A stretch of 32,000 bases of DNA from Edaphobacter aggregans (GTDB lineage: Bacteria > Acidobacteriota > Terriglobia > Terriglobales > Acidobacteriaceae): positions 270,001 through 302,000 of the forward strand of contig NZ_RSDW01000001.1 in the NCBI RefSeq assembly GCF_003945235.1, in the 5' to 3' direction. This document shows positions 1 to 10,254 of the stretch, piece by piece. The position numbers and the translations under genes were made by a program. Each line of letters opens with the position of its first letter. Positions within the stretch are counted from its first letter, which is position 1. The notes below the pieces were generated by a model, which did not search any database, was not told where the DNA came from, and saw only the letters and a list, made by a program, of their open reading frames with translations.

Positions 1-27
1 GGTGCGCCGTTCTTTCTGGCATTTCCT

Positions 28-474
28 ATGATCTGGCTCCGCCTCCGGGCATTCTTTTCATCGCAACTGTCTACCCCTGCAGAACGACGCATCATCTGGA
101 TCGCCGTGAGCCTTTCGATCTTCGGAACCATCTTGGTTGAGGCCCCATTCTTGCTCCACCTCGCCGGAACGAGCGCATGGCAACGCCTTGCAGTCCTCAG
201 CTTGGGACTTGGTATCGTAATCGCCAGCGCGACAATTTTGTTTCTGCGCCGTCGGCATATATCTCCAACGCGCGCATGCCTTGTCGGCCTTAATACCGCC
301 TATCTGGGCAACGCAGCACTTTGCCTGATTGTCTACAGCTCTGCAACTGGCCCTATTCACTCAAGATCCGGATGGCTGGTCACAATGGTGATTGTGTGGC
401 CCATGATATTGGAGATCCTTTGGATCTTCACCCGACCTTCAAAAACACAAACCTTAGTTGTGGTCGACCGTTAG
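28..474 (+). CDS. hypothetical integral membrane protein
   Basis: 148-aa ORF with about four hydrophobic helices (IIWIAVSLSIFGTILV, LAVLSLGLGIVIASATILF, AALCLIVY, LVTMVIVWPMILEILWIF). No family recognised. GC is lower than the window average. Confidence 0.4.
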   Translation: MIWLRLRAFFSSQLSTPAERRIIWIAVSLSIFGTILVEAPFLLHLAGTSAWQRLAVLSLGLGIVIASATILFLRRRHISPTRACLVGLNTAYLGNAALCLIVYSSATGPIHSRSGWLVTMVIVWPMILEILWIFTRPSKTQTLVVVDR

Positions 475-522
475 GAAAAGAAAACGCTCTAAATCTCCAT
501 AACCTTTGCCTTACGGAACGAG

Positions 523-984
523 TTAGCGCACATAGGCGAACGTACCGCACAGATCCGTCGAATTCGAGATCGCTTCCAGCGTAAAGACCGGCTGTTTCTC
601 TCCTGAAAAAAACGCAACCTGCAACGAGCGGCCCGACACATAAGTGACCATCCACTGCGTATCCTCAGAGCCGCACAAACTGTTTTTGTGCAGGAACTTC
701 TTTGTAGCCGGTATGTTCAGCCGATAGAGACTGCCGGTCCCACCCGCACTGCTGTCTACATCGAAGACCGCGCTCACCTCTCCCTGATCGAGACTGCGTA
801 TTGGAGCGATCGTAAAGGTCGAGAAGTTGATGGCCAGCTTTTCATCAAAAAGCGCCACATCCCCTGTGGTCGACTTTGCCGTCGTGCTCGCAGCACGCCA
901 ATTTCCCTTATCCTGTGCCCCAGCCGAAATACAGCAAACCAGCACCAACCCCACAATTACGCGTCTTAATCTCTCCAGCTTCAT
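523..984 (-). CDS. hypothetical exported protein
   Basis: The track ORF is 523..1062. The internal ATG at 984 gives MKLERLRRVIVGLVLVCCISAGAQD, a clean signal peptide. No family recognised. Confidence 0.5.
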   Translation of the reverse strand: MKLERLRRVIVGLVLVCCISAGAQDKGNWRAASTTAKSTTGDVALFDEKLAINFSTFTIAPIRSLDQGEVSAVFDVDSSAGGTGSLYRLNIPATKKFLHKNSLCGSEDTQWMVTYVSGRSLQVAFFSGEKQPVFTLEAISNSTDLCGTFAYVR

Positions 985-1129
985 CTCTTGAGGATGACAT
1001 CGCAAACCCCTTTGATCAAATCGGTTACCGATTCCACAACGTATAGATCTCAGCAGTCGCAAAACTTAACTCGAAGCACTGCCATGCTTTGCCCAACCTT
1101 TATTGGCTTAACTCGCGCTCAAGCGCTTA

Positions 1130-4100
1130 ATGCCTGAAAATAGAAGTTTGGCCATGAGCGACCCGACACACGAGCAGAAACTCGATCAAATCACAATTCG
1201 CGGAGCCCGCACCCACAACCTCAAGGGCATCGACGTCGACATCCCGCACAATGCACTCACCATCGTCAGCGGTGTCAGCGGCTCCGGTAAATCCTCGCTT
1301 GCCTTCGACACCGTCTACGCCGAAGGACAGCGCCGCTACGTCGAATCCCTCTCCGCCTACGCCCGCCAATTCCTAGAGCGCATCGAAAAACCAGACGTCG
1401 ACCACATGGACGGCCTCGCTCCCGCCATCGCCATCAAGCAAAAGAACCAGACCCGCAACCCCCGCTCCACCGTAGCCACCGCCACCGAAATCTACGACTA
1501 CCTCCGCCTCCTCTACGCCCGTTGCGGCACCGTCACCTGCCTGCACTGCGGCGGCATCGTCAAGCACGACACCGTAGACGAAATAGTCTCCACCCTCCTG
1601 GCCCTACCCGAAGGCACTCGCACGTACGCCCTCTTCCCCATCGTTCGCGCCGAAATCAAGCTCGAGCCCATGCAGGTCGCCACCACCGCAGACGCCGAAA
1701 CAGAAGCCTCCAAGCCCGCAAAGAAACCAGCAAAAAAAGCCAGCAAGAAAACCACCGACTCCCCAACAGCAATCAACATCACCGACGCCCTCAAAGACCG
1801 CCTCACCGAGCTTCGCCGCCGAGGCTACAATCGCCTCTACCAATCAGGGAAAATAGTCGAGTTCTCCACCCCAGAATCTCTCCTCGAACTCGACTTCACC
1901 GCGCCGATCTTCGTCCTCGTAGATCGCCTCGCCCTCAGCCCAGAAATTCGCTCGCGCCTCGTCGACGCCATCGAAACCGGCTACCGCGAATCCGGAGAAA
2001 TCCAGTTCCACACAGTTCCACGCGAAGGCGAAGCCGAGCCCCAAACCCTCCGCTTCTCCGCCGCATTCGAGTGCACTACCTGCCACCGCGCCTACCGCGA
2101 GCCCGAACCTCGCCTCTTCTCCTTCAACAATCCCTACGGAGCCTGCCCCCGCTGCCAGGGCTTCGGCAACACCATCGACTTCGACCCCAACCTCATCATC
2201 CCCGACAAATCCAAAACCCTGGCCGCCGGAGCCATCGCCCCCTGGACCACCACCAAGTACCGCCCTCACCACGGCGAAATGATCCGCGCAGCCAAAGCCG
2301 CAGGCATCCCCACCGACATCCCTTGGTACGATCTAACCCCCGACCAGCAGCGCTTCATCGAAGACGGCAACAGCGCCTTCCCCGGCATCCGAGGCTTCTT
2401 CGCCGCCCTCGAACGCAAAAAATACAAACTCCACGTCCGCGTCTTCCTCTCCAAATACCGCGGCTACGCCCTTTGCCCAGACTGCCGAGGCCAACGTCTC
2501 CGTGCCGAAGCCCGCGCCGTCCTCATCAACAATCAAAATATCTGCGAAGTCTCCGCCCTCACTATAACCGCCGCCCAGGAGTTCTTCGACAATCTGCAAC
2601 TCTCCCCGGCCCAAACCGAGATCGCCGGAAAGATCCTCGAAGAAGTCCGCCAGCGAATCCACTTCCTCCACCAAGTCGGCCTCGACTACCTCACCCTAGA
2701 CCGTCTAAGCTCCACCCTCTCCGGCGGCGAATCCCAACGCATCCAGCTAGCCACATCCCTCGGCTCCCGTCTCGTCGGAGCCCTCTACGTCCTCGACGAG
2801 CCCTCCATCGGCCTCCACACCCGAGACACCGCCAAGCTCATCCGCATCATGGAAGAGCTCCGCGACCTCGGCAACACCATCCTCGTCGTCGAGCATGACC
2901 CCGATGTCATCCGCGCCGCCGACCACCTCCTCGACCTCGGCCCCGGCGCGGGCGAACTCGGCGGCCAACTCCTAGCCTCCGGAACCGTAGCGGAAGTCAC
3001 GCGTAACTCGAACTCCATCACCGGCAAATACCTCTCCGGCCGCGCCACGATCCCCGTTCCCAAACACCGCCGCGAGCCCGGACGCGAACACCTCAAGCTC
3101 ACCGGAGCTCGCATCCACAACCTCCGCGGCGTCGACCTCGACATCCCCCTCAACCTCCTCTGCTGCGTCACCGGAGTCAGCGGCTCAGGCAAATCCACCC
3201 TCATCCACCAAGTCCTCTACCGAGCTCTCATGCAGTCCCTCGGCCAGGCCGACGGCAGCGGCGACTCCACCCACCTCTACCGCGAACTCAGCGGCGTCCA
3301 CCACCTGAACGAAGTCGTCCTCGTCGACCAGTCTCCCATCGGCCGCACCCCGCGCTCCAACCCCGTCACTTACATCAAGGCCTTCGACGATATTCGCGCC
3401 CTTTTCGCCGCCCAGCCCGACGCCAAGCGCAAAGGCCTCACCGCTGGACACTTCTCCTTCAACGTCCCTGGCGGCCGCTGCGACGTCTGCGAAGGCGACG
3501 GCACCGTCACCGTCGAAATGCAGTTCCTCGCCGACATCGAGCTCCCCTGCGAAGAATGCAACGGCACGCGTTACAAATCCTCTATCCTCGACATCAAGTA
3601 TAAAGGCCGCAATATCCACGACGTCCTCAACATGACCGTCAAGGAAGCCCTCGTCTACTTCGCCGGCCATCCCAAGATCATCGACAAGCTCTATGTCCTC
3701 GACGAGGTCGGCCTCGGCTACGTCCGTCTCGGCCAGTCCGCCACCACGCTCTCTGGCGGCGAAGCCCAACGCGTCAAACTAGCCTCGCACCTCGCCACAG
3801 CCCGCAGCATCACCAACCGCTCCGGCAACGAGGCCGCAGCCAAAGCCCGCAGCCGCACCCTCTACATCCTCGACGAGCCCACCACCGGCCTCCACTTCGA
3901 CGACGTAGCCAAGCTCCTCGCGGCCTTCCGCAAGCTTATCGAAGGCGGCGGCTCCCTCCTCGTCATCGAGCACAATCTAGACGTCATCAAATCCGCCGAC
4001 TGGGTCATCGACCTCGGCCCCGAAGGCGGCTCTGGCGGCGGCCAGATCGTAGCCACCGGCACCCCAGAAGAGATTGCCGCCAACCCACACTCCCACACCG

Positions 4101-4171
4101 GCCACTGGCTAGCCCCAGTCCTAAAACACACTGCCACCAAGCCCGAACCGGAACTCCAAGTCACCGCCTGA
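1130..4171 (+). CDS. uvrA: excinuclease ABC subunit A (UvrA)
   Basis: 1013-aa ORF with two Walker A motifs ([25 protein letters not shown]), two ABC signatures ([24 protein letters not shown]) and CxxC zinc modules ([28 protein letters not shown]). An alternative ATG lies at 1154 (MSDPTHEQ). Confidence 0.97.
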   Translation: MPENRSLAMSDPTHEQKLDQITIRGARTHNLKGIDVDIPHNALTIVSGVSGSGKSSLAFDTVYAEGQRRYVESLSAYARQFLERIEKPDVDHMDGLAPAIAIKQKNQTRNPRSTVATATEIYDYLRLLYARCGTVTCLHCGGIVKHDTVDEIVSTLLALPEGTRTYALFPIVRAEIKLEPMQVATTADAETEASKPAKKPAKKASKKTTDSPTAINITDALKDRLTELRRRGYNRLYQSGKIVEFSTPESLLELDFTAPIFVLVDRLALSPEIRSRLVDAIETGYRESGEIQFHTVPREGEAEPQTLRFSAAFECTTCHRAYREPEPRLFSFNNPYGACPRCQGFGNTIDFDPNLIIPDKSKTLAAGAIAPWTTTKYRPHHGEMIRAAKAAGIPTDIPWYDLTPDQQRFIEDGNSAFPGIRGFFAALERKKYKLHVRVFLSKYRGYALCPDCRGQRLRAEARAVLINNQNICEVSALTITAAQEFFDNLQLSPAQTEIAGKILEEVRQRIHFLHQVGLDYLTLDRLSSTLSGGESQRIQLATSLGSRLVGALYVLDEPSIGLHTRDTAKLIRIMEELRDLGNTILVVEHDPDVIRAADHLLDLGPGAGELGGQLLASGTVAEVTRNSNSITGKYLSGRATIPVPKHRREPGREHLKLTGARIHNLRGVDLDIPLNLLCCVTGVSGSGKSTLIHQVLYRALMQSLGQADGSGDSTHLYRELSGVHHLNEVVLVDQSPIGRTPRSNPVTYIKAFDDIRALFAAQPDAKRKGLTAGHFSFNVPGGRCDVCEGDGTVTVEMQFLADIELPCEECNGTRYKSSILDIKYKGRNIHDVLNMTVKEALVYFAGHPKIIDKLYVLDEVGLGYVRLGQSATTLSGGEAQRVKLASHLATARSITNRSGNEAAAKARSRTLYILDEPTTGLHFDDVAKLLAAFRKLIEGGGSLLVIEHNLDVIKSADWVIDLGPEGGSGGGQIVATGTPEEIAANPHSHTGHWLAPVLKHTATKPEPELQVTA

Positions 4172-4191
4172 AGAAATCGGCCAATCGGCCC

Positions 4192-4218
4192 ATCATTCAG
4201 AGTGACGTGAAGAATCTC
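4192..4218 (+). repeat. possible degenerate copy of the short intergenic repeat (gtcatYctga...gaagRa type)
   Basis: atcattcagagtgacgtgaagaatctc lies 21 nt after the uvrA stop. It resembles the copies at 10171 and 18094 only loosely. Confidence 0.3.
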
Positions 4219-4417
4219 AGCCGCCCCTCGCCTGTACGAGACCTGCATAAAAGATGGGGGTCAGGCCGATGGCCCTAAACGTCACAAATTGTAACTATCG
4301 CCATGCAGAAAGAAGACGAACGTCTTACTTTCGCATGACAACAGGCGTTTCTTTGCTCCTCTACTATTCGGGCGCAGTTAAATCCGTCACGAAGAGAAGC
4401 AAACTGAAAGGAACGCT

Positions 4418-5881
4418 ATGAAACCGTCCTGCTGGAAAGCCTCCCCTTCCAATGTAACGATTCTCATACTTGCCCTGATCTTCTCCGGCGCCAGTGCATA
4501 CGCACAAACCAACGGTCTCAAGGCTGATCTGCGGAGTTCCGCAGCGGTCCTCACGCCTCCCATCGCAGGTGGAACCCTTCCCACAGCTCCTGCCGGCGGT
4601 GTTGTCGTTGCAAACCAAACATGGGTCTGCGATGCATCAGCCGGATTCGCACCTGTCATAAACACCGAGCCCGGTGTCATCGATTCGTTCCTTGCCATCG
4701 GAACTCAAGGCAATATCAAACTGCCCATCTCTGCAACGACCGTGCCCGCAACCTGCGGTCAGTCTGCCTTCCACAGCGACGGCTTCGCCTACGTTACCCA
4801 GGCCGTCGTAGATACGAAGAACACTCCTTCAACCGCGCGCGGCGTGCTTCGTGTCGATCTCGATCCCAATACTGGCGGATTCATCGGAGTGGCCAGTTAT
4901 ATCGCAACAACAGCAGGCCTGGACGGGAATCAGCCCACCGCGGCAGCGCTGGGTCCCGACGGCAATCTGTATGTTGGTTTTCTGAAGAACGGTAACGTCA
5001 AGAGAATCATCAATCCTGACCTTGGCTCTGCGCAGACCGTGGAAAGCGTCGGCAACACACCGCAAGGCCATCCCGCACGAGCCTTCGCCTTCATCGGTTC
5101 AGACCTCTACATCGCCTCCGTGGACGCTCTCTCTGTCATCCACAACGCCACCAGCGCCTCCTGCACTGGAGGATGCAATGCTGTCACCATCGCCGACGGC
5201 TTTGCAGGTGTCTCGCATACTGGCATAACAAGCGATGGCGTGAACGCAGTGTACTTCGCCGTTGCCGGGTCATCGGATACCAGTCAGATCTGGCGCTACA
5301 CCCCCTCAAATGCATTCTTTACCTTCGTCTCCAGCAGCGGAACTGACAAGAACGGAGCAAACTCTTCAAGCTTCAACTTCGCAGCAGGCAAAACCAACCT
5401 ACTCACACTCGACCCGACCGGTAATCTCTGGATAGGAGACGATCCCAGCAACACGGGCACCACCGGCGCAGGCCGTCTGTGGACCATCAGCGCGGCCTCG
5501 TTAGCCACCCTGCCCGCCGGTTCGTCCATTGGAGGCACGAATCTACAGGCCATCCTCAACGTACTTCGCGGCCCATGGTTCATGGGATTCACGCAGTCGG
5601 GGTTCGAACCCACATTCAACGCCGACGGCACATTCACGGCCACGATTAGCTCCAGCACCGGAGTCACCACTGTCTCAGGAACATGGACGCTCACCCCGCC
5701 AGTCGTTCCCCAGCCTTTCGCCAACCCCCAAGGTCAGCTCACGTTCACCGATTCAAACGGAGTCGTTCTCTTCTCCGCGAACTTCCTCCAGACAAACGTA
5801 GACACACTAGTAGCCTTCCAACCCTGGACGACAAGCCTGGGAGCACCCATCAGCGGAGTTCTCTCGAAAGCAACCCCTTAA
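4418..5881 (+). CDS. exported beta-propeller-like protein (NHL/SGL-type repeats), hypothetical
   Basis: 487-aa ORF with signal peptide (ILILALIFSGASAYAQ). It has recurring propeller-blade-like motifs (LGPDGNLYVGF, LDPTGNLWIGDD, DGVNAVYFAV) and a Thr/Ser-rich C-terminal domain. Confidence 0.6.
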   Translation: MKPSCWKASPSNVTILILALIFSGASAYAQTNGLKADLRSSAAVLTPPIAGGTLPTAPAGGVVVANQTWVCDASAGFAPVINTEPGVIDSFLAIGTQGNIKLPISATTVPATCGQSAFHSDGFAYVTQAVVDTKNTPSTARGVLRVDLDPNTGGFIGVASYIATTAGLDGNQPTAAALGPDGNLYVGFLKNGNVKRIINPDLGSAQTVESVGNTPQGHPARAFAFIGSDLYIASVDALSVIHNATSASCTGGCNAVTIADGFAGVSHTGITSDGVNAVYFAVAGSSDTSQIWRYTPSNAFFTFVSSSGTDKNGANSSSFNFAAGKTNLLTLDPTGNLWIGDDPSNTGTTGAGRLWTISAASLATLPAGSSIGGTNLQAILNVLRGPWFMGFTQSGFEPTFNADGTFTATISSSTGVTTVSGTWTLTPPVVPQPFANPQGQLTFTDSNGVVLFSANFLQTNVDTLVAFQPWTTSLGAPISGVLSKATP

Positions 5882-6047
5882 CTTCAACACAAAACGAATA
5901 CATCGCCGTCCCCTTCATGACACACAACTACACAAAGGGGTACGGCTGTGTTCGGTCACGCAGTCGGGAGTGCAGATCGTAGAACCGGCGTCCGAAGAGA
6001 CACCTCCCGACATTGACGTCAGCAGTTAGGAAAGCTAGATTTCATGG

Positions 6048-7508
6048 ATGGGAAATTATTCTTCCATTGAAATATCACCGCTCCCTCGTCTTACGCGCAG
6101 AAGCTTCATTGCAAGCGCCTTCGCAACCGGCACCGCCTTCGCTCTCGGTGTGGACAAACCAGCCACACGCCACCCGAACATCATCTTTATCCTGGCCGAT
6201 GACATGGGCTACGGCGACCCCAGCATCTACGGGCAAACAAAAATCCGTACCCCGCGCATCGACCGCCTCGCCGCCGAAGGCGCGCGTTTCACTCAAGGCT
6301 ATGCCGGCGCTCCAGTCTGTGCGCCATCACGTTGCTCCCTGATGACCGGCATGCACGCCGGACACGCACGTGTTCGCGACAACTTTGCATTAGCCGCAGG
6401 CCACGTCGGACACAAAAAGAAGGAAGAGATCCGTCGCGCCAGCCTCACTCCGCAAGATCACACCATAGCCGACTATCTCCACACAGCTGGCTACCACACC
6501 GGCCTCATGGGCAAATGGCACCTCGACGGCTACGATCCCGAAGCCATCCCCACGAAACACGGCTTCGACGAATTCAAAGGCTGGCTGACCCAGATAGAAG
6601 AGACCCAGGGCTACTGGCCCGAAAAACGTTGCCACAACGAGCAACTCATCGACATCCCCGAAAACGCGGGCGGCAAGCATGGCCGATACGACACCACCAT
6701 GATCACCGAAGACTCCATAGAGTTCATCGAGCGCCACCATACCGAGCCCTTCTTTCTCTACGTCGCCTACGACAGCCCTCACAGTCCCTACACAGCACCC
6801 GACTTCGGCCCCTACGCCAACCATCCCAACTGGGCCGACGACGAAAAGACTTACGCCGCCATGATCTGGTACATGGACAAAGGCATCGGACAGATCCTCG
6901 ACACCCTCCACCGCCTCAACCTCGATCAGGACACCGTCGTCTTCTTCGCCTCGGACAACGGTCCCCGCTCCGAGCCCACCGTGCAACAAACTCGCGTCAT
7001 TGACTTCTTCGACTCCAACGGCAACCTCACCGGCTACAAACGTGACCTCTATGAGGGAGGCATCCGCGATCCCTTTATCGTGCGCTGGACCGGCCACATT
7101 CCCGCCGGTTCGGTCAGCCAGGTGCCCGTATACTTCCCCGACGTCCTTCCCACCGCGCTCGATCTCGCCGCGGCCCCTCCGATCCAAACCGACGGCATCA
7201 GCCTTCTTCCCTATCTGCTCCATCCCAATCAAGCAGCCAACGACCGCTTCATGTACTGGGAGTTCTACGAGCCGGTCTACCGCCAGGCCGCACGTTTAGG
7301 AAAATGGAAGGCCGTGCGCTTGAAGCGCGGCGGAAAACTCGAACTCTACGACCTCTCGACCGATCCCTGGGAGAGCAAAGACGTCGCCGCTGACCATCCC
7401 GATGTCATCTCACGAATTGAACAAGGTATGGCCCGTGAACATCAGTCCTCAGCCGAATACCCTGATCCCGACAAAATCGCACATCCATCCTTGTCCATGG
7501 TTGATTGA
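6048..7508 (+). CDS. arylsulfatase-family sulfatase (Cys-type, Tat-exported)
   Basis: Twin-arginine signal LTRRSFIASAFATGTAFALG. Metal-site motif ILADDMGYGD. Formylglycine motif CAPSRCSLMTG. GKWHL motif. 486 aa. Confidence 0.93.
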   Translation: MGNYSSIEISPLPRLTRRSFIASAFATGTAFALGVDKPATRHPNIIFILADDMGYGDPSIYGQTKIRTPRIDRLAAEGARFTQGYAGAPVCAPSRCSLMTGMHAGHARVRDNFALAAGHVGHKKKEEIRRASLTPQDHTIADYLHTAGYHTGLMGKWHLDGYDPEAIPTKHGFDEFKGWLTQIEETQGYWPEKRCHNEQLIDIPENAGGKHGRYDTTMITEDSIEFIERHHTEPFFLYVAYDSPHSPYTAPDFGPYANHPNWADDEKTYAAMIWYMDKGIGQILDTLHRLNLDQDTVVFFASDNGPRSEPTVQQTRVIDFFDSNGNLTGYKRDLYEGGIRDPFIVRWTGHIPAGSVSQVPVYFPDVLPTALDLAAAPPIQTDGISLLPYLLHPNQAANDRFMYWEFYEPVYRQAARLGKWKAVRLKRGGKLELYDLSTDPWESKDVAADHPDVISRIEQGMAREHQSSAEYPDPDKIAHPSLSMVD

Positions 7509-7510
7509 AC

Positions 7511-7535
7511 GTTGCTTTTAGTCGGCTGAAGCAAC
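7511..7535 (+). terminator. stem-loop after the sulfatase gene (weak terminator candidate)
   Basis: gttgctt[11 nt]aagcaac forms a 7-bp stem starting 3 nt after the stop. No U-tract follows. Confidence 0.3.
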
Positions 7536-7597
7536 CTCTCGGATTCCGTGCGGTATACTTCCGCCCAAGTTCGTACCGGGATTAGCGCCGGCCGCGG

Positions 7598-8560
7598 ATG
7601 CAGCACTTATTCTTTGCTGCATTCGCCGTCGCGGGCCCTGTAGCTCAGGGGGACAACTTGCTTCGCCCCGTTCTTATAATTGCGATCTTCATCCTTGCGA
7701 GCATTCCCACTGCGCCGGCACAGGTGCAAACTGTGGGCGCGGTCTCCTTCGCTGTCCCTGATGGATGGCAGTACAAGCAGGGGCCTGACTTCGGCGCGAT
7801 GACAATGAAGGCGGACACCCGATTCTGGGTTGTCGCCGTGTACACCGACATGCCTTCCAGCGGAGACCCCAATGCCGACTTCAAAGCCGCCTGGAAGCGC
7901 GTCCTACTCGCCGGACCGGACTACCGCGGCGTTCCTAACTACGACCCATACAAGCTCACGGAGACGGTCGGCTACCCGGGAAAATACTATGATGGGTCGA
8001 GCGTCAACCAAACCACATACACCCGCCTGTACGTGCTTGAATCAGGCAAGACCTTCGTTCCAGTAGCCTTCGTAAGTCTGAACCGTAATGTGCTCGACAG
8101 CATGGAGCACAATGCCATGGCCGTTGTAGGCAGCGTACGCGTAGCGCCACTCAAAGCCTCCCCCATCAAGTACTCAATCAACCTGACTGACCTCACCGGA
8201 AACTGGACCAACGGAATCGTCACCAGCATTGACTCTTACAACCACGCGGGACAATACCAGAGCAACTCTCTTACTGCTCTGCGGTACGGATATACGATCG
8301 CTCCCAACGGCAGCTACACCTACAAAGCAGGTGGCCTCCTCAACAACCAGATGATCAATGACGACGACTCCGGCGTTGTCGAACTGGGAGCCGGATTCAT
8401 AACCTTCAAAGGGCATCGGCACGTCAATCAATACCGTTTTGTGAATCTCCAACAGGCGCTCGATGGTTCTGCTGTCATCACGTTATGGCCACCCGTCGAT
8501 ATGTCGCAGATCAGCTCAAGTCGAGACAGCATGTATTTGACCCGACCAGTAAGGAAGTAA
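7598..8560 (+). CDS. hypothetical exported protein
   Basis: 320-aa ORF with hydrophobic N-terminus LLRPVLIIAIFILASIPTAPAQVQ. The true start may be downstream of 7598. No family recognised. GC is lower than in neighbouring genes. Confidence 0.55.
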   Translation: MQHLFFAAFAVAGPVAQGDNLLRPVLIIAIFILASIPTAPAQVQTVGAVSFAVPDGWQYKQGPDFGAMTMKADTRFWVVAVYTDMPSSGDPNADFKAAWKRVLLAGPDYRGVPNYDPYKLTETVGYPGKYYDGSSVNQTTYTRLYVLESGKTFVPVAFVSLNRNVLDSMEHNAMAVVGSVRVAPLKASPIKYSINLTDLTGNWTNGIVTSIDSYNHAGQYQSNSLTALRYGYTIAPNGSYTYKAGGLLNNQMINDDDSGVVELGAGFITFKGHRHVNQYRFVNLQQALDGSAVITLWPPVDMSQISSSRDSMYLTRPVRK

Positions 8561-8671
8561 ACCCTATAGAAGCCCGGGCTCCGTCCGAACTTAGCCGATA
8601 TCCAGGACCACACGCCACCGAATGAAGCCCACCCATGCTACTCTCACCACAGAACGTGGAGAGTGAATGCC

Positions 8672-9499
8672 ATGAAACCTCTATGGCGATCAGGCTGCAC
8701 GCTTGCCTTCGCAGGACTCCTTCTTGGCGCGCTATACGCCCAGCGCCCCTTCCGCCAATATCCTTCTGTTGAAGGCTACGAACAAGACCCCCTCCCACGT
8801 GACTACCAACGCCCCGCGGAGTGGTCCTTCGCCCGCCTCATGTACCCTCCCGGCCCGCTCGACGGCTACTACCCGCGTTTTCAAGGCCCTTGGCAGGAAG
8901 GCCTCTCCCTCTGGACCCAGGACTACCCCCGTGCCGACCGCGCACTCGCAGACTCAGTCAAGCGCCTCACCCGCGTCGACGCCCGCTCCGTCGAACAGCC
9001 TGTCAATCTCGACGACGGCGACGAAGTCTACAACTGGCCATGGCTCTATGCCGTACAGGTAGGCGAGTGGGGCCTCACCGAACCCCAGGCAAAAAAACTC
9101 CGCGACTATCTCCTCCGAGGCGGCTTCTTCATGGCCGACGACTTCCACGGCTCCGAAGAACAGGCCTACTTCGAAAAAACCATGAAGATGGTCTTCCCCG
9201 ACCGCCCCATAGTCGACATCCCGGATGACGACCCCATCTTCCACACCGTCTTCGATCTCGACGAGCGTTACCAAATCCCCGGCGCCGAGCACCTCAACAC
9301 CGGTTTCAAAAAGGATGGCCGCGTCGCACGCTGGCGAGGCATCTACGACGACAAGGGTCGCATCATGGTCGCAATCTCTCTGAACTCCGACATCGGCGAC
9401 TCCTGGGAGTGGCTCAACAACCCCCGCTACCCCCTACGCTATTCCGACCTGGGCATCCGCCTAGGCGTCAACTACGTCGTCTACGCCATGACTCACTAA
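8672..9499 (+). CDS. DUF4159-like exported protein
   Basis: The track ORF starts at GTG 8663. The ATG at 8672 is preceded by ggagag. Signal peptide is MKPLWRSGCTLAFAGLLLGALYAQ. The body (WPWLYAVQVGEW..GGFFMADDFHG..NSDIGDSWEW) matches my recollection of the DUF4159 family. Confidence 0.7.
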   Translation: MKPLWRSGCTLAFAGLLLGALYAQRPFRQYPSVEGYEQDPLPRDYQRPAEWSFARLMYPPGPLDGYYPRFQGPWQEGLSLWTQDYPRADRALADSVKRLTRVDARSVEQPVNLDDGDEVYNWPWLYAVQVGEWGLTEPQAKKLRDYLLRGGFFMADDFHGSEEQAYFEKTMKMVFPDRPIVDIPDDDPIFHTVFDLDERYQIPGAEHLNTGFKKDGRVARWRGIYDDKGRIMVAISLNSDIGDSWEWLNNPRYPLRYSDLGIRLGVNYVVYAMTH

Positions 9500-9517
9500 C
9501 TTCCCTAAGCCGGCTTT

Positions 9518-10057
9518 TTACTTCGGAGGATAATTCTTCAACAGCTTCGCCATAGCCTTATTCAGATTCTTTTCATTCTTTTCCTGGTTCGAACTCGGAT
9601 CCAGCGTCTTAGTCGCACTTCCAGTCCAGACGAGTTGTTTCGCACCCGGATCATACAAATCAAGAACGAGAGTCCCGACATTGATCGTCGAGCTCGTAGC
9701 AGTCGCCATTCCTCCCCAGCGAATGCCACCACCCATCCCATACCCGTTCCACTGCTTCTCCTTATCGGTAGCAATCTGATAGGCGACATATAGATCGGCC
9801 TTATCGTTATCCGTCTTAGTCAGTCCCTTAGCCGCCAGTTGTGAATCGACCGACTGCTTAATCTCCGCATCCACAATCTGGTTAGGGTGCGAAGCTCCCT
9901 CAATCGAAACCCATTTGTAGGTGTGATACTTCGAAAAATCCGTCCCCGGCATGTAGTTGGATTTGACGTCCTGCGCGACAAGTGTTGTCGCCGCCGCAAG
10001 CAGTAGGACCATGGCCAGAGAGTACAAAGAAGCCCGACGAACATGTCTTCCGTGCAT
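9518..10057 (-). CDS. DUF4136-like exported protein
   Basis: 179 aa with signal peptide LAMVLLLAAATTLVAQD. The pattern FSKYHTYKW..VDAEIKQSVDSQLAAKGL..ADLYVAY..LVLDLYD is typical of DUF4136. Confidence 0.7.
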   Translation of the reverse strand: MHGRHVRRASLYSLAMVLLLAAATTLVAQDVKSNYMPGTDFSKYHTYKWVSIEGASHPNQIVDAEIKQSVDSQLAAKGLTKTDNDKADLYVAYQIATDKEKQWNGYGMGGGIRWGGMATATSSTINVGTLVLDLYDPGAKQLVWTGSATKTLDPSSNQEKNEKNLNKAMAKLLKNYPPK

Positions 10058-10170
10058 TTCAACCTCCTAACCAGCCGAGCGAATTATACCGCCGGACCAC
10101 TCGCGAACGTCCTTGCTCCACCACAGAGAACATATCCTCGCCCCCCAGCCAAAGGTCACACCTCTCGCTT

Positions 10171-10210
10171 GTCATTCTGACCCCGAGCAAAGCCGAAGGA
10201 GAAGAACCCC
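10171..10210 (+). repeat. short intergenic repeat, gtcatYctga...gccgaagga type
   Basis: gtcattctgaccccgagcaaagccgaaggagaagaacccc shares its 5' gtcatYctgacc and internal agccgaagga with the copy at 18094. Confidence 0.5.
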
Positions 10211-10254
10211 CGCATCCCGTCTCCTCCAATCTTTTCCACACGGCTCCTTGCGCG

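Noticed and set aside
985-1153. Search for an SOS/LexA operator upstream of uvrA. I looked for the GTTC-N7-GTTC direct-repeat type, which I recall being associated with Acidobacterium/Alphaproteobacteria LexA, and for the CTGT-N8-ACAG type.
   Set aside because: Neither pattern is present in the spacer, so no claim of SOS regulation can be made from the sequence.
1522-2898. 458-aa Pro/Arg-rich ORF in an alternative frame inside uvrA. Similar long R/P/H-rich ORFs occur at 6332..7003, 6390..7232, 15944..16855, 18433..19119, 21386..21988, 25235..26107 and 29434..30324.
   Set aside because: They lie entirely inside genes with strong, motif-supported identities. Their low-complexity composition is the expected by-product of stop-codon-poor GC-rich sequence.
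10232-10240. TTTTCCACA, a one-mismatch DnaA-box-like 9-mer.
   Set aside because: It is a single isolated occurrence 15 kb from the skew flip. No cluster of boxes or adjacent AT-rich unwinding element, so it is not evidence for oriC.
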